A DNA stretch of 64,000 nt from Candidatus Bathyarchaeota archaeon (GTDB lineage: Archaea > Thermoproteota > Bathyarchaeia > Bathyarchaeales > Bathycorpusculaceae). The notes beneath the pieces were generated by a model. That model did not search any database. It was not told the origin of the DNA and worked only from the letters and a program-made list of their open reading frames with translations. The stretch covers positions 128,001 through 192,000 of the forward strand of contig CAVYRJ010000008.1 of assembly GCA_963770935.1 (NCBI GenBank), in the 5' to 3' direction. The translations under genes and the position numbers were made by a program. Of the stretch, positions 52,832 to 62,332 are shown in pieces. Within the stretch, counting starts at the first letter, position 1. Each line of letters opens with the position of its first letter.

Positions 52832-53395
52832 ATGTCTGAGCAAATAAGAAGCTTCATCGCTTTCGATATTAAAAACGACAACGTTTTAAACAGGCTTGCT
52901 GCAGCGCAAAAACTGTTAATTCAAACAAACGCAGATCTAAAACTAGTAGAGCCAGCTAACATCCATATCACGTTGCGTTTTCTTGGCGGAATCAGCCCTG
53001 AAATGGTAGAGAAAGTCCACGCAGCAATGAAGAATGTTAAGTTTAATCCTTTCAACGTTGGACTCCGTGGGTTAGGAGTTTTTCCAACGCTCAACTATCC
53101 ACGGGTGGTTTGGGCAGGAATAACAGATGGAGCGGATCAACTCAAAAGCATCTTTGAGCAGCTTGAACCCCAAATCCACGAGTTAGGTTTCGCGCCAGAC
53201 CCCAACGGGTTTAGTCCACATTTAACTATCGCACGTGTCCGATCAGGGGCAAACAAGCAGCGGCTAGTGGACCTTGTCACAAAACAAGCAAATTACGATT
53301 TCGGCATTATAAGAGCAGATTGTTTAAGGCTTAAAAAAAGTCAAATTTCCCCCAGAGGTCCTATTTACTCAACGCTCAAAGAATATTGCCCCTAA
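52832..53395 (+). CDS. thpR: RNA 2',3'-cyclic phosphodiesterase (2H family)
   Basis: RSFIAFD, HITLRFLG and PHLTIAR motifs; ATG at 52832. Confidence 0.93.
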   Translation: MSEQIRSFIAFDIKNDNVLNRLAAAQKLLIQTNADLKLVEPANIHITLRFLGGISPEMVEKVHAAMKNVKFNPFNVGLRGLGVFPTLNYPRVVWAGITDGADQLKSIFEQLEPQIHELGFAPDPNGFSPHLTIARVRSGANKQRLVDLVTKQANYDFGIIRADCLRLKKSQISPRGPIYSTLKEYCP

Positions 53396-53405
53396 ATGAT
53401 AAGCC

Positions 53406-54827
53406 ATGGAAAACGAAATTAACTCCCTGATTAAACGGATTCTAAAAAAAATTACGCCGAAAAAAGAAGATTACGCAAAAGTTGAGGCTTTAACCAAAGC
53501 TTTAGAGAAGAAAATCACTTCAGCTTGTCAACAAGAAGGCATAGATGCAGTGGTACGTGTTGAAGGCTCAGTTGCCAAAGACACATGGCTTAGCGAGAAT
53601 CTTGACATAGACATTTTCATTCGCCTCCCCACTTCAATACCAAGAAAAAACTTTGACGATGTTGGTTTAAGAATCGCAAAAAAAGCAGCTGACGGAGCAA
53701 AGCAAGTTGAACGTTTCGCTGAGCACCCCTACCTTGAAATCTTCATAGACAATTACCGAGTCGACATTGTACCCTGCTATGATGCTAAGCCCGGCGAGTG
53801 GCAAAGCGCAACAGATCGAACACCCTACCACACGGACTACATAAAATCCCACTTGAGCAAGGAGTTGCTTGGTGAAGTTCGGCTCCTCAAAAAGTTCATG
53901 GCAGGCACAGGTGTTTATGGAGCGGAGATTAAAGTTGGCGGCTTTAGCGGGTACCTCTGCGAACTTTTAATAATGAAATATGGCTCCTTCATCCAAACCA
54001 TACGTGCCTTTGCAAAGTACAACCAAAGAGTAGTAATCGATATAGAAGGCTTTTATGCGGACCGAGAAAACGAAATCTCACTGCTTTTTCCTGAGCCTTT
54101 AGCAGTTGTTGACCCAATCGATAAAGGCAGAAATGTCGCTTCAGCAGTGCAACCCCAAAAACTTTACACCTTTATTGGGGCAGCAAGAGCATTCCTGAAA
54201 AATCCATCAGAAGCCTTCTTTTACCCACCTAAACCTGAGGTTTTATCTGCCGAAGCATTGACAAAGAAGCTTGGAAGCCAAGGTTCATCCACCGTGTTTC
54301 TTGTTATAGGCGAGTTAAATGCGGTCCCAGACGTGTTGTGGGGGCAACTGTACAGGTCCAAGCGTTCCCTGCGGACATTGCTGGAACTAAATGATTACAA
54401 AGTTCTAAAAGATGCAGTTTGGAGCAACGAGAAATCCATGAGCGTTTTTATCTTTGAGCTTGAACAGCAAGTTTTGCCCAACATAAAGAAGCATTTGGGT
54501 CCGCCCCTTGAACGGCAAGCCGAATGCGAGAAATATCTTGCCAAATATGCTGGGAATGAACGGGTGATTTCTGGACCCTACATTGAAGATGGACGCTGGA
54601 TGGTAGTGCTGACTCGCAAAACCACTGACGCAGCCGCGCTTCTTAAGGAGAAGTTGGCGGATGGAGGCAAAAACGCTGGCGTCGCCGATTTGATCGCAAA
54701 AGCTATCCAGAAAAACCTCAAAGTCCTCATTAATAGCGAAGTGCTGGAAGTTTATGAGACAAATAGAGATATTGCAGAGTTTTTGACCGAGTTTCTCTTG
54801 GGCAAACCCTTCTGGTTTAAAAACTAA
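53406..54827 (+). CDS. cca: CCA-adding enzyme (archaeal class I)
   Basis: GSVAKDTWL..DIDIF, AEHPY, DRTPYH and GGFSGYLCE motifs. Confidence 0.95.
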   Translation: MENEINSLIKRILKKITPKKEDYAKVEALTKALEKKITSACQQEGIDAVVRVEGSVAKDTWLSENLDIDIFIRLPTSIPRKNFDDVGLRIAKKAADGAKQVERFAEHPYLEIFIDNYRVDIVPCYDAKPGEWQSATDRTPYHTDYIKSHLSKELLGEVRLLKKFMAGTGVYGAEIKVGGFSGYLCELLIMKYGSFIQTIRAFAKYNQRVVIDIEGFYADRENEISLLFPEPLAVVDPIDKGRNVASAVQPQKLYTFIGAARAFLKNPSEAFFYPPKPEVLSAEALTKKLGSQGSSTVFLVIGELNAVPDVLWGQLYRSKRSLRTLLELNDYKVLKDAVWSNEKSMSVFIFELEQQVLPNIKKHLGPPLERQAECEKYLAKYAGNERVISGPYIEDGRWMVVLTRKTTDAAALLKEKLADGGKNAGVADLIAKAIQKNLKVLINSEVLEVYETNRDIAEFLTEFLLGKPFWFKN

Positions 54828-54860
54828 TAAAGCGGGGTTTTGCCGCTCGTTCAAAGCTTC

Positions 54861-56039
54861 TTATTGTGTTACGGAGTGGTACCAACTTATGATGTATTCG
54901 GGCAGGTTAAGTCCTCGCTCGCCGAGCCGTTCCGCAAGCTTCACTGGAAGCGGGCTTAGAACGTAGGCTGCTCTAGTGTAGAAGCGTCTTGGCGTAGATG
55001 GCTTAACTTCTTCGGGCAAAATAATCTTCAAGTCAGCTTTTTTGGCAAGCGTAGAGTCTTCATTGCCTGTTATAGCGAAAACGATTCCGCCGAATTTCTT
55101 AAGCACATCCGCCCAAATGATAACTGGCCGCGTTTCACCCGAGAACGACAACAAAATCTCTAAGTCACCAGCTCTTGGATGCGGCGTGTTGACACCTCGC
55201 GTAATGTAAACGTTATCTCCAAGAAAGCTCTTAATATGGAAAAGTCGGACGCCGGTCATTTTGGCGATTTCGTTTCCCGTGCCTTTTCCGCCCAAAAACA
55301 CGTTAGTTCTTTTTTCCATTACATCAACAAGCTGGGTGTAGGTTTCTGAGGTAATGTTGGCGTCTATCATATCGCCGACTTTTTCGAATTCTTCTTCGCA
55401 CAATCGGAAGACGTCTTTGACTTCGAGGTTGCGGAAAATGGCTTCAATCATGCTTGTTAAGAGTTCAAGAGTGCCAAGTTCAAAAATGTCTCCCATCATG
55501 CCAGTTTCGGCGTATTCTGCACCCGGCTTAAATTTGCCGCGTCCTTTAAGCTGAACAACATGGCCGTAATTGCTGGTGACTTCCGCTAACGGCGAACTTA
55601 AGGCAGATGTTAAAAGCCCCATAGAGAACTGGTTAGATTTCTTTTCTTCAATGTATTTAGCTAGGTCTTGTGCCATAACCAGCGGGTCATCGCTGTAGCC
55701 GCTTCCTGAATTCATCAAAAGCAAAGTTTTTTTGTAACGCCTCTCCAAACCCGGTGCAGCGTCATACATACTCTTTCCAGGAAAACCAGGGTCATCAGGT
55801 GTCAAAACAACTTTATTTCGCCATCCCACTTGGCTAAGAGCAATCTGACTCATCGCTGCATTAAGCGAATAAAGAGATCTGCCTGATCCTCCACAGATAA
55901 CGCAATCCGCAGCTTTCAAGTCTTCAAAGAGAGGTGCAAGTTCCTTCTTTTTTATGCGCATGATGTTTTCTTGGATTTTATTTACATAGCCAATGGAGCT
56001 GATTTTGCTTTTGATAGCAACGGCACCTTCAGTGCACAC
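54861..56039 (-). CDS. tandem SIS-domain sugar-phosphate isomerase (HxlB/PHI-like)
   Basis: GSGRS and GDIFE in the first half; RLFH, SFSGET and AITGNEDSTLAKKAD in the second half. Confidence 0.75.
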   Translation of the reverse strand: MCTEGAVAIKSKISSIGYVNKIQENIMRIKKKELAPLFEDLKAADCVICGGSGRSLYSLNAAMSQIALSQVGWRNKVVLTPDDPGFPGKSMYDAAPGLERRYKKTLLLMNSGSGYSDDPLVMAQDLAKYIEEKKSNQFSMGLLTSALSSPLAEVTSNYGHVVQLKGRGKFKPGAEYAETGMMGDIFELGTLELLTSMIEAIFRNLEVKDVFRLCEEEFEKVGDMIDANITSETYTQLVDVMEKRTNVFLGGKGTGNEIAKMTGVRLFHIKSFLGDNVYITRGVNTPHPRAGDLEILLSFSGETRPVIIWADVLKKFGGIVFAITGNEDSTLAKKADLKIILPEEVKPSTPRRFYTRAAYVLSPLPVKLAERLGERGLNLPEYIISWYHSVTQ

Positions 56040-56214
56040 ACAATTCCAAGATTCTCTATATTATCCTTGCGCTTGCGGACTTAGATTTATGTGAATTATT
56101 CATAATTGCTCTTATATTTTAGTTTCAAAGACAAAAAAGCAAGGCTAAATGCATTTTTGAGTAAAGAAACTTTATATTGACAGAAAACATCAACGCAGAA
56201 AACAGTGAAAACCT

Positions 56215-56851
56215 ATGTCGTCTGAAAGCGGTGCTGAAAAATACCAGTTTCTAGTTAAGTTGGCTTTAGAGAATGGGGCTGCTGACGCAAAAATCATCCC
56301 TACAGACAAAGTCATCGTCGAAAACCGCGTCGTGCTCAAGTGCAAAGTAGGCTGCAACCACTACGGCAAAACCCTCGCCTGCCCACCTTACACACCCTAC
56401 AGCTGAGGAATTCCGCAAAATCGTTGGCGAATACAGCTACGCCATGTTCATGAAATTTACCTCAAACGCACAGGCTGAACCAGAAGTGCTGGCAAAGCTC
56501 ATGGTAGCTGAAACCGACCCCAGCGTCCCCAAAGAAATCAAAGAAAAAGCCGCAAAGTTCTGGCTGGACTGGAAAGATGACAAACGCAAAATGCTCCAAA
56601 AAGTCGTTGATTTAGAGAAAGCAGCCATGAACAAAGGCTACAGCTTAGCCATAGCGTTCGTTTCAGGTCATTGCCAACTATGCGAAAAATGCAACATCGA
56701 AACAAAGATTTGTGCGCACCCCAATTTGGCGCGTTGGTCCGAGGATGCAGTTGGCGTTAACGTGAAGAAAACCGCCGCTAATGCTGGAATAACGGTAACT
56801 TTCCCATTCGCCAATAAACCTGAATCTTTCGCCATACTCCTCATCGATTAG
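56215..56851 (+). CDS. DUF2284 metal-binding protein; frameshift near 56396
   Basis: KCKVGCNHYGKTLACPP and GHCQLCEKC..CAHP..AR.SEDAVGVNV; one extra C in a CCC run. Confidence 0.8.
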
Positions 56852-56903
56852 TCGGTTGCAAGATAGGGAAAAGCTAAATAATTTAACTGCACAAAAAGAA
56901 AGC

Positions 56904-57176
56904 ATGAAAATTCTTCTCGATGAGATGTATGCGGGTTTAAAAGAGTACTTTGAAACTTTAGGCTATGAAGTTTTAACGACCGAGGAAGCAGGTTTAAAGA
57001 TTGCTAAAGACCGAGATATAGTGGAGTACGCGGGCAAGAACAACTTGATTTTAGTTACGCAGTATAGGAAACCCGCTGAGCTTGCAGAGTTGCTTGGTGT
57101 TAAATGCGTTTATGTTTCCAATTTAATGATTGCCAAGCTGGTTGACCAGAGTATAAAAGAAAACTTTCCAAAATAG
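56904..57176 (+). CDS. DUF5615/Mut7-C PIN-like protein
   Basis: MKILLDEMY...GYEV...DRDIVEYA...ILVT pattern. Confidence 0.75.
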   Translation: MKILLDEMYAGLKEYFETLGYEVLTTEEAGLKIAKDRDIVEYAGKNNLILVTQYRKPAELAELLGVKCVYVSNLMIAKLVDQSIKENFPK

Positions 57177-57178
57177 CG

Positions 57179-57739
57179 CTAGATACTGATATGCCGCAGG
57201 TACTTATTCCACAAGTACGATGCAGCGTAACCCGCAACCGCACCCGTAACTGGACCCATAAACATGACCATTGCGTCGAGCATTTGGCTTCTTTGAACAA
57301 ATAAACTAACAAACGAGAATCCTTGCGAATTTATGTATTCTGGAAAGATGGCAAACGCAGAGTAGCTTGAAAGGGCAATTAGCAGGGTGCTTAAAGCCAT
57401 AGCAGCTATCAATCGGTTGCGGTTTACACCTTTAGGAGAAGCATCGATTTTAAAAATTAACAGGAAAATATCCACAAAGACGCCGAAGAGGAAAGCGAAG
57501 AAGAACGTGAATGGACCCAAGGCTGGGCTGACAAGTGCTGTTAAGAGACCTCCCACTGCGCCCACAGACATAGCGCCCACTCTTGGAATGAATAACCCGC
57601 TTAATGCAAGCAACACGGCCTGGACGACTATTATGAGGTAGTTTAGCGGGGGTGGCAAAAAAACATTGGTAACAAATATGATTGAGCCGAAGAGCGCAGT
57701 TAAGAATAGTCGTTTAGCCTTCTGCATCCAAGTACCCAC
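57179..57739 (-). CDS. membrane protein, ECF transporter S-component-like
   Basis: About 6 TM helices, 186 aa, TALFGSI N-terminal helix. Confidence 0.55.
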   Translation of the reverse strand: MGTWMQKAKRLFLTALFGSIIFVTNVFLPPPLNYLIIVVQAVLLALSGLFIPRVGAMSVGAVGGLLTALVSPALGPFTFFFAFLFGVFVDIFLLIFKIDASPKGVNRNRLIAAMALSTLLIALSSYSAFAIFPEYINSQGFSFVSLFVQRSQMLDAMVMFMGPVTGAVAGYAASYLWNKYLRHISI

Positions 57740-57866
57740 TTAGAGTATAGGAATCTCACTTCCATTTAAAAAACCTTAATTTCCACAAAGAAAAACCCAT
57801 CAATTTTTCTTAGCTGCGAAAGGAAGATAAGCATAAGCGAAGGTTATTTTGGTTGAGTCGATTTTT

Positions 57867-58238
57867 ATGAAATGTGACCGATGCGGATTAAACTTTGAGG
57901 AAAACTTGATTAATCATTTTCAAGGGAGCATGTTGTGCGAAGACTGTTGCTTTGAACTTATGAATCCGCCCAAAGTATGTGACCCTTTAGCAGTTTCATC
58001 CACTCTATCAGTTCGCAAGCAGTTGGGGCAAACTGGAACAGAGGGATTGACTGAGCTGCAAAAAAAGATATACACCACCGTTGCAGAGAGAGGAAAAATA
58101 AGCAGAGATGAATTAACAACCCGCTTGAAAATGACGCCTAAGGAGATGGAACGCGAGTTTGCTATCCTTCGACATTGTGAACTTCTGCGAGCATTCAAAG
58201 AGGGAGGCACAGTGTACTTCGCAAAATTTTCATCCTGA
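57867..58238 (+). CDS. zinc-finger plus winged-helix protein
   Basis: CDRC...LCEDC...CDPLAV, then LTELQKKIY..ISRDEL..EFAILRH.EL. Confidence 0.7.
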   Translation: MKCDRCGLNFEENLINHFQGSMLCEDCCFELMNPPKVCDPLAVSSTLSVRKQLGQTGTEGLTELQKKIYTTVAERGKISRDELTTRLKMTPKEMEREFAILRHCELLRAFKEGGTVYFAKFSS

Positions 58239-58369
58239 CTTAGGTTGCTTAGCACCCTATGATTGTGGTGCTTAAATTTTAATGGAAAGTTATAAATTGT
58301 CAAGCATCAATATTAGCAAACATTTAATATTTGACTTATAAATGTATAAGAGCAGGGAGCAAGGGAAAA

Positions 58370-59122
58370 TTGAGTACTCACGCAGAAGATTTGAAACTTC
58401 GCTTAATGACAATCGAGCTTTTAAGAACAGCGAAGTACAAGCGAAACATTACTTACAGGGAATTAGCCTCCAAAACAGGATTACCCGTTACCGTTCTTAG
58501 CCGTTACGCTAAAGGCCACGTATTACCGAACACAATAAGAGCCAAACAACTCTGGCGCGTCTTAACCAAACTCGTTGGCTTAGAAGCTGAACTCCGTAGC
58601 AGAATAAAATTCGACGACATCGGCTACTTTGACAACACCGAAATCGTCGGAGACTATAACATCCTTCAACAAGCAGCAAATCACGCCCTCGCCAACTTTG
58701 CCGGCAAACGCGTAACGAAAATCTTAACTGCAGCCGTCGACGGCATCCCCTTAGCCACCATGGTCGCCAACTCACTGGGGGTAAACCTCATCGTTGCCAA
58801 ACGCAACAAAGAAGTCGGTGTCAAAGCCTTCCTTGAAGAAACATACATTTTAGGCAGAGACTCAGGTGTAACCGTAACCCTCTACATTCCCAAAGAATCC
58901 ATCAAAAAACGCGACAGCGTCCTAGTTGTAGACGACATGATTAAGAGCGGTGAAACCCAAGAGGCGCTGGTGAACCTTGTCAAGAAGTCAAAAGCTGAGG
59001 TTTCAGGAATATTCTCGCTCATCGCAGTCGGCGAAGAATGGAAGAGACGTCTGAAGTCAGGCGAAGACTCCCCAGTAGAAGTTGTAACCCACCTAAAATC
59101 ACCCTTTGACGTTTCAGCATAA
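58370..59122 (+). CDS. HTH-containing purine phosphoribosyltransferase-family protein (PurR-like)
   Basis: TYRELASKTGLPVTVLSRY HTH plus VLVVDDMIKSGET PRPP-binding motif. Confidence 0.85.
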   Translation: MSTHAEDLKLRLMTIELLRTAKYKRNITYRELASKTGLPVTVLSRYAKGHVLPNTIRAKQLWRVLTKLVGLEAELRSRIKFDDIGYFDNTEIVGDYNILQQAANHALANFAGKRVTKILTAAVDGIPLATMVANSLGVNLIVAKRNKEVGVKAFLEETYILGRDSGVTVTLYIPKESIKKRDSVLVVDDMIKSGETQEALVNLVKKSKAEVSGIFSLIAVGEEWKRRLKSGEDSPVEVVTHLKSPFDVSA

Positions 59123-59152
59123 GCAAATCATTGCTTACATTGGTGCATTAAC

Positions 59153-60175
59153 ATGCGCATGATTAAGTGGCAAAACGGAACAGTCATAACACCCGATCAA
59201 ACCAAACTGCCCCTCCAAGAAGTAACTTTAGAAATTAAAACCGTTGACCAAATGGCAGAGGCAATAAAAAACCTCCGCGTTCGAGGCGCGCCACTTTTGG
59301 GTGCAGCAGCAGGATTTGGCGTAGCTTTGGCAGCTTATAACTCTAAAGCTAAGACAAAGGAAAAATTGTTGGCTGAACTGGAAACCGCTGGCACAATCAT
59401 CAAACGGCAAAGACCAACAGCGGTGAACCTATTTTGGGGCGTTGACCGAGTCTTAAACAAAGCAAGAACTGTTTTAGGCAGCATTGAAGAAATAAAAGAA
59501 GCTGTGATTTTGGAAGCGCAAAAGATTGCGGATGAAGATGCTCAAAACAATCGTGCAATCGGCAAGAACGGCTCCGTACTAATCAAGGACTTGGACACCA
59601 TCCTCACTCACTGCAACGCTGGCGAATTATGCGCTGTTGAGTATGGAACTGCTTTGGGTGTGGTTCGAGCTGCTTGGGAGCAGGGCAAAAAAATCAATGT
59701 TATCGCCGACGAAACCCGACCACTATTGCAGGGTGCAAGGCTCACCGTTTACGAGCTTAAACGTGACGGAATACCAGTTACCTTGATTACTGATAACATG
59801 GCAGGCTACGTAATGAGCAAAGGCTTGGTGAACAAAGTCATTGTTGGCGCCGACCGCATTGTGCAGGACGCTGTTGTGAACAAGATTGGCACGTACAGTG
59901 TAGCGGTGTTGGCAAAGGAGCATAGAATACCCTTCTATGTTGCCGCGCCCTCGTCAACCTTCGATTTAGCCCACACAGCAAAAGACGTCATCATAGAAGA
60001 ACGCAAATCTGAAGAAGTAACACATGTAGGCTGCCAGCAAACCGCTCCCGACGGAGTAGCGGTGATGAATCCAGCGTTTGACATAACTCCATTAAAATAT
60101 GTGTCAGCGATAATCACGGAAAAACGCGTTTATTACAACAAGGATTTTGGGGAATTCAGAAAAGGAAAAGTATAG
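59153..60175 (+). CDS. mtnA: methylthioribose-1-phosphate isomerase
   Basis: VRGAP, RPTAVNL, THCNAG, ETRPLLQGARLT, NKIGTY and NPAFDITP motifs. Confidence 0.9.
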   Translation: MRMIKWQNGTVITPDQTKLPLQEVTLEIKTVDQMAEAIKNLRVRGAPLLGAAAGFGVALAAYNSKAKTKEKLLAELETAGTIIKRQRPTAVNLFWGVDRVLNKARTVLGSIEEIKEAVILEAQKIADEDAQNNRAIGKNGSVLIKDLDTILTHCNAGELCAVEYGTALGVVRAAWEQGKKINVIADETRPLLQGARLTVYELKRDGIPVTLITDNMAGYVMSKGLVNKVIVGADRIVQDAVVNKIGTYSVAVLAKEHRIPFYVAAPSSTFDLAHTAKDVIIEERKSEEVTHVGCQQTAPDGVAVMNPAFDITPLKYVSAIITEKRVYYNKDFGEFRKGKV

Positions 60176-60203
60176 CATAAAACAGTGAAGTAGCGGTTAA
60201 GTA

Positions 60204-60764
60204 ATGACTGAACCTAAAAAGGCTGCACCGGTAGAATTCAGAACCAGCGGTGTCCTCGCCGAGAAAGGTGTCATCGTATCGGAGCAAAGCAACATCGACG
60301 CGCTTTCTTCTCGTGGCTACGGAATCTTGGAGAACAAAGTTTTTGCGCTGACTTTTTTCGAGGCACTATACCTTCTGGACAAGGGCATGCTTGAAATCAA
60401 AAACGAAAAAAACAAAACCGTTGATTTCCAGAGCCTACTACACTGTTATGAAGCCCAAAATGAAAACGCTTGGGCAAACTACCTTGTCTACCGTGACCTA
60501 CGCAGCCGTGGCTACGTTGTAAGAGAAGGATTCGGAGGCAGAATCGACTTCCGCATATACGAGCGAGGAACATACGGCAAAGACACCGCACCCTACTTAG
60601 TTTTAAACACTCAAGAAGGAAAACCACTCCCAGTCAACGACCTATCAACTGCATTGCAGCAGTGCCAGAGCCAAAAGAAAGAGTTGACCTTGGCAGTTAT
60701 GAATCGACGGGGTGAAATTGTCTATTATTCAGTGGGAGAACTGCATTTTCCTGCTCAAACTTGA
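60204..60764 (+). CDS. endA: tRNA-intron endonuclease subunit (probably structural)
   Basis: EALYL, YLVYRDLRSRGYVVREG, DFRIY and GEIVYY motifs; no His at the catalytic position. Confidence 0.8.
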   Translation: MTEPKKAAPVEFRTSGVLAEKGVIVSEQSNIDALSSRGYGILENKVFALTFFEALYLLDKGMLEIKNEKNKTVDFQSLLHCYEAQNENAWANYLVYRDLRSRGYVVREGFGGRIDFRIYERGTYGKDTAPYLVLNTQEGKPLPVNDLSTALQQCQSQKKELTLAVMNRRGEIVYYSVGELHFPAQT

Positions 60765-60789
60765 TTGTTCGATATTGTGAGGAGCAAGC

Positions 60790-61824
60790 TCACAGAGTTC
60801 GTTTGCTTTCTATTAGTTCCTTAATGGTTAACATTTCTATTTGAAGTTTATAATTCATCTGTGCACGTATTTTGCCTCTGACTGCATCGCTGCTAAAGCT
60901 GTATCCAACTATTACTCCGTTTCTGGCTTTATTCCTCGCCAACGCGGCTGCAAAGCTATCAATCATTATCATGCCGACGTCATCCGACCGTTTTATTTGA
61001 ACCGGCCGTCCTCCCCCCGTATATCCATCTATTCCCATAGCAGTGTCTCTAGAAGAAGGAGCTTTGCCATCCAATCTAGCAAGAACCCAATTGTTGAATT
61101 CGCTAGATGAAAATCTGCGCAGCCTTTGTTCGCTAACCCTTCTTTTCTTCAACACCAAAAACGCGCCTACAACCACGCCCACAACCACTATCACAGCAAC
61201 TGCCGCTACAACTAAAGAATCCCCCGCCCCTGATGTCACTTCCACTGCTTCACTGACTACTCCTGTTCCATCGCACGTAACACATTTTATGTATCCCGTT
61301 CCTTCACAGTCTAGGCAACTTGTGGCTCCAGAAACGGTTCCTGCTCCGTTACAGTAGGGGCACGTGATGTCTTCAATCCCAGAAAGAGTTAACTGAACAT
61401 GCATCAACAGTTGCATTGGTGTGTAAGTTCCCAAGTAGGGGATTACAACGGTAACGCTGATAACTTGACTAGCTGGGAAGGTAACCGACGTTGAATTACT
61501 GTGTCCTGCAAGCGACGCTGTAACTGTTCCCACAATATCAACAGTCTCTTTATTACTAAATGTCCCCGTGACAAAAGTTACACCACTACCTTGATAGGCT
61601 GATATAGATGTTTTTGTAACACTGGGAGTTAACAACCCTGACCCTTGGCAATGCTCGCAAATGGTTGTGCCTTCTGATACTACTGTACCAGTGCCTTGGC
61701 AGCTTGAGCACACTTTTTGTCCTGTTCCGTCGCACTTTGGGCATTCCACATCAGCTAATGCCAAACTTAGACACGAAAAAGAGAGCAGCCCAATTAAAAG
61801 AATTAATAAAAATTTTTTGTTCAT
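60790..61824 (-). CDS. membrane protein: signal peptide, six CxxCxGxG repeats, TM helix, Mrr-like restriction endonuclease domain
   Basis: ALA/D signal cleavage; six CxxCxGxG; TM at aa 204-225 followed by KKRR; GIDG...VQIKRS...VG...G.IVGYSFS.DA. Confidence 0.75.
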   Translation of the reverse strand: MNKKFLLILLIGLLSFSCLSLALADVECPKCDGTGQKVCSSCQGTGTVVSEGTTICEHCQGSGLLTPSVTKTSISAYQGSGVTFVTGTFSNKETVDIVGTVTASLAGHSNSTSVTFPASQVISVTVVIPYLGTYTPMQLLMHVQLTLSGIEDITCPYCNGAGTVSGATSCLDCEGTGYIKCVTCDGTGVVSEAVEVTSGAGDSLVVAAVAVIVVVGVVVGAFLVLKKRRVSEQRLRRFSSSEFNNWVLARLDGKAPSSRDTAMGIDGYTGGGRPVQIKRSDDVGMIMIDSFAAALARNKARNGVIVGYSFSSDAVRGKIRAQMNYKLQIEMLTIKELIESKRTL

Positions 61825-62234
61825 GAGTCTTAACCTTCCAAGAGATACCCTACGCCTAATCGCTTGACTTTAGGCTGATAGTGGCTATTGCGCATTTACC
61901 TTAAATAAACTTCGGAGAAAACGCGTAACGCCTCCACTTTCACCATCTAATTTTGAGATATACACCATTCCTTTTTATATTTTTCAACTAATACTTCAGT
62001 GAGTAAAGCTGGGAACCGATTAACACCAATGGTTTGTATCTAGCAACATTATAACCGGCTACGGGGTGCGAAAAGAATTGCTCTATTGGTTTATCGCATC
62101 CATCTGGAACCCATCATGACATTTTCCGGAGTGTTACCTTAGCTGTTTACACAACAGTTGATATGTAGCCCGAGCCTTTCTTGAAGGAACCGCCCAAGCA
62201 CCAATATTTCAACTCAAAAGATGACCTTCCAACA

Positions 62235-62332
62235 CCACAACCAACCACAACCGATCCACAACCAGCCACAACCAACATCAAAAACAGCCCCCACAACAAC
62301 AACCACAACCAGACAAACCCCAAACCACAACC
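62235..62332. repeat. CCACAACC repeat array within an A/C-rich tract
   Basis: Six exact copies starting at 62235, 62245, 62256, 62266, 62303 and 62325. Confidence 0.7.

Noticed and set aside
61988-62122. Minus-strand ATG-TCA-TGA-TGG...VPDGC frame as a possible selenoprotein
   Set aside because: No recognisable family, redox motif or SECIS element.
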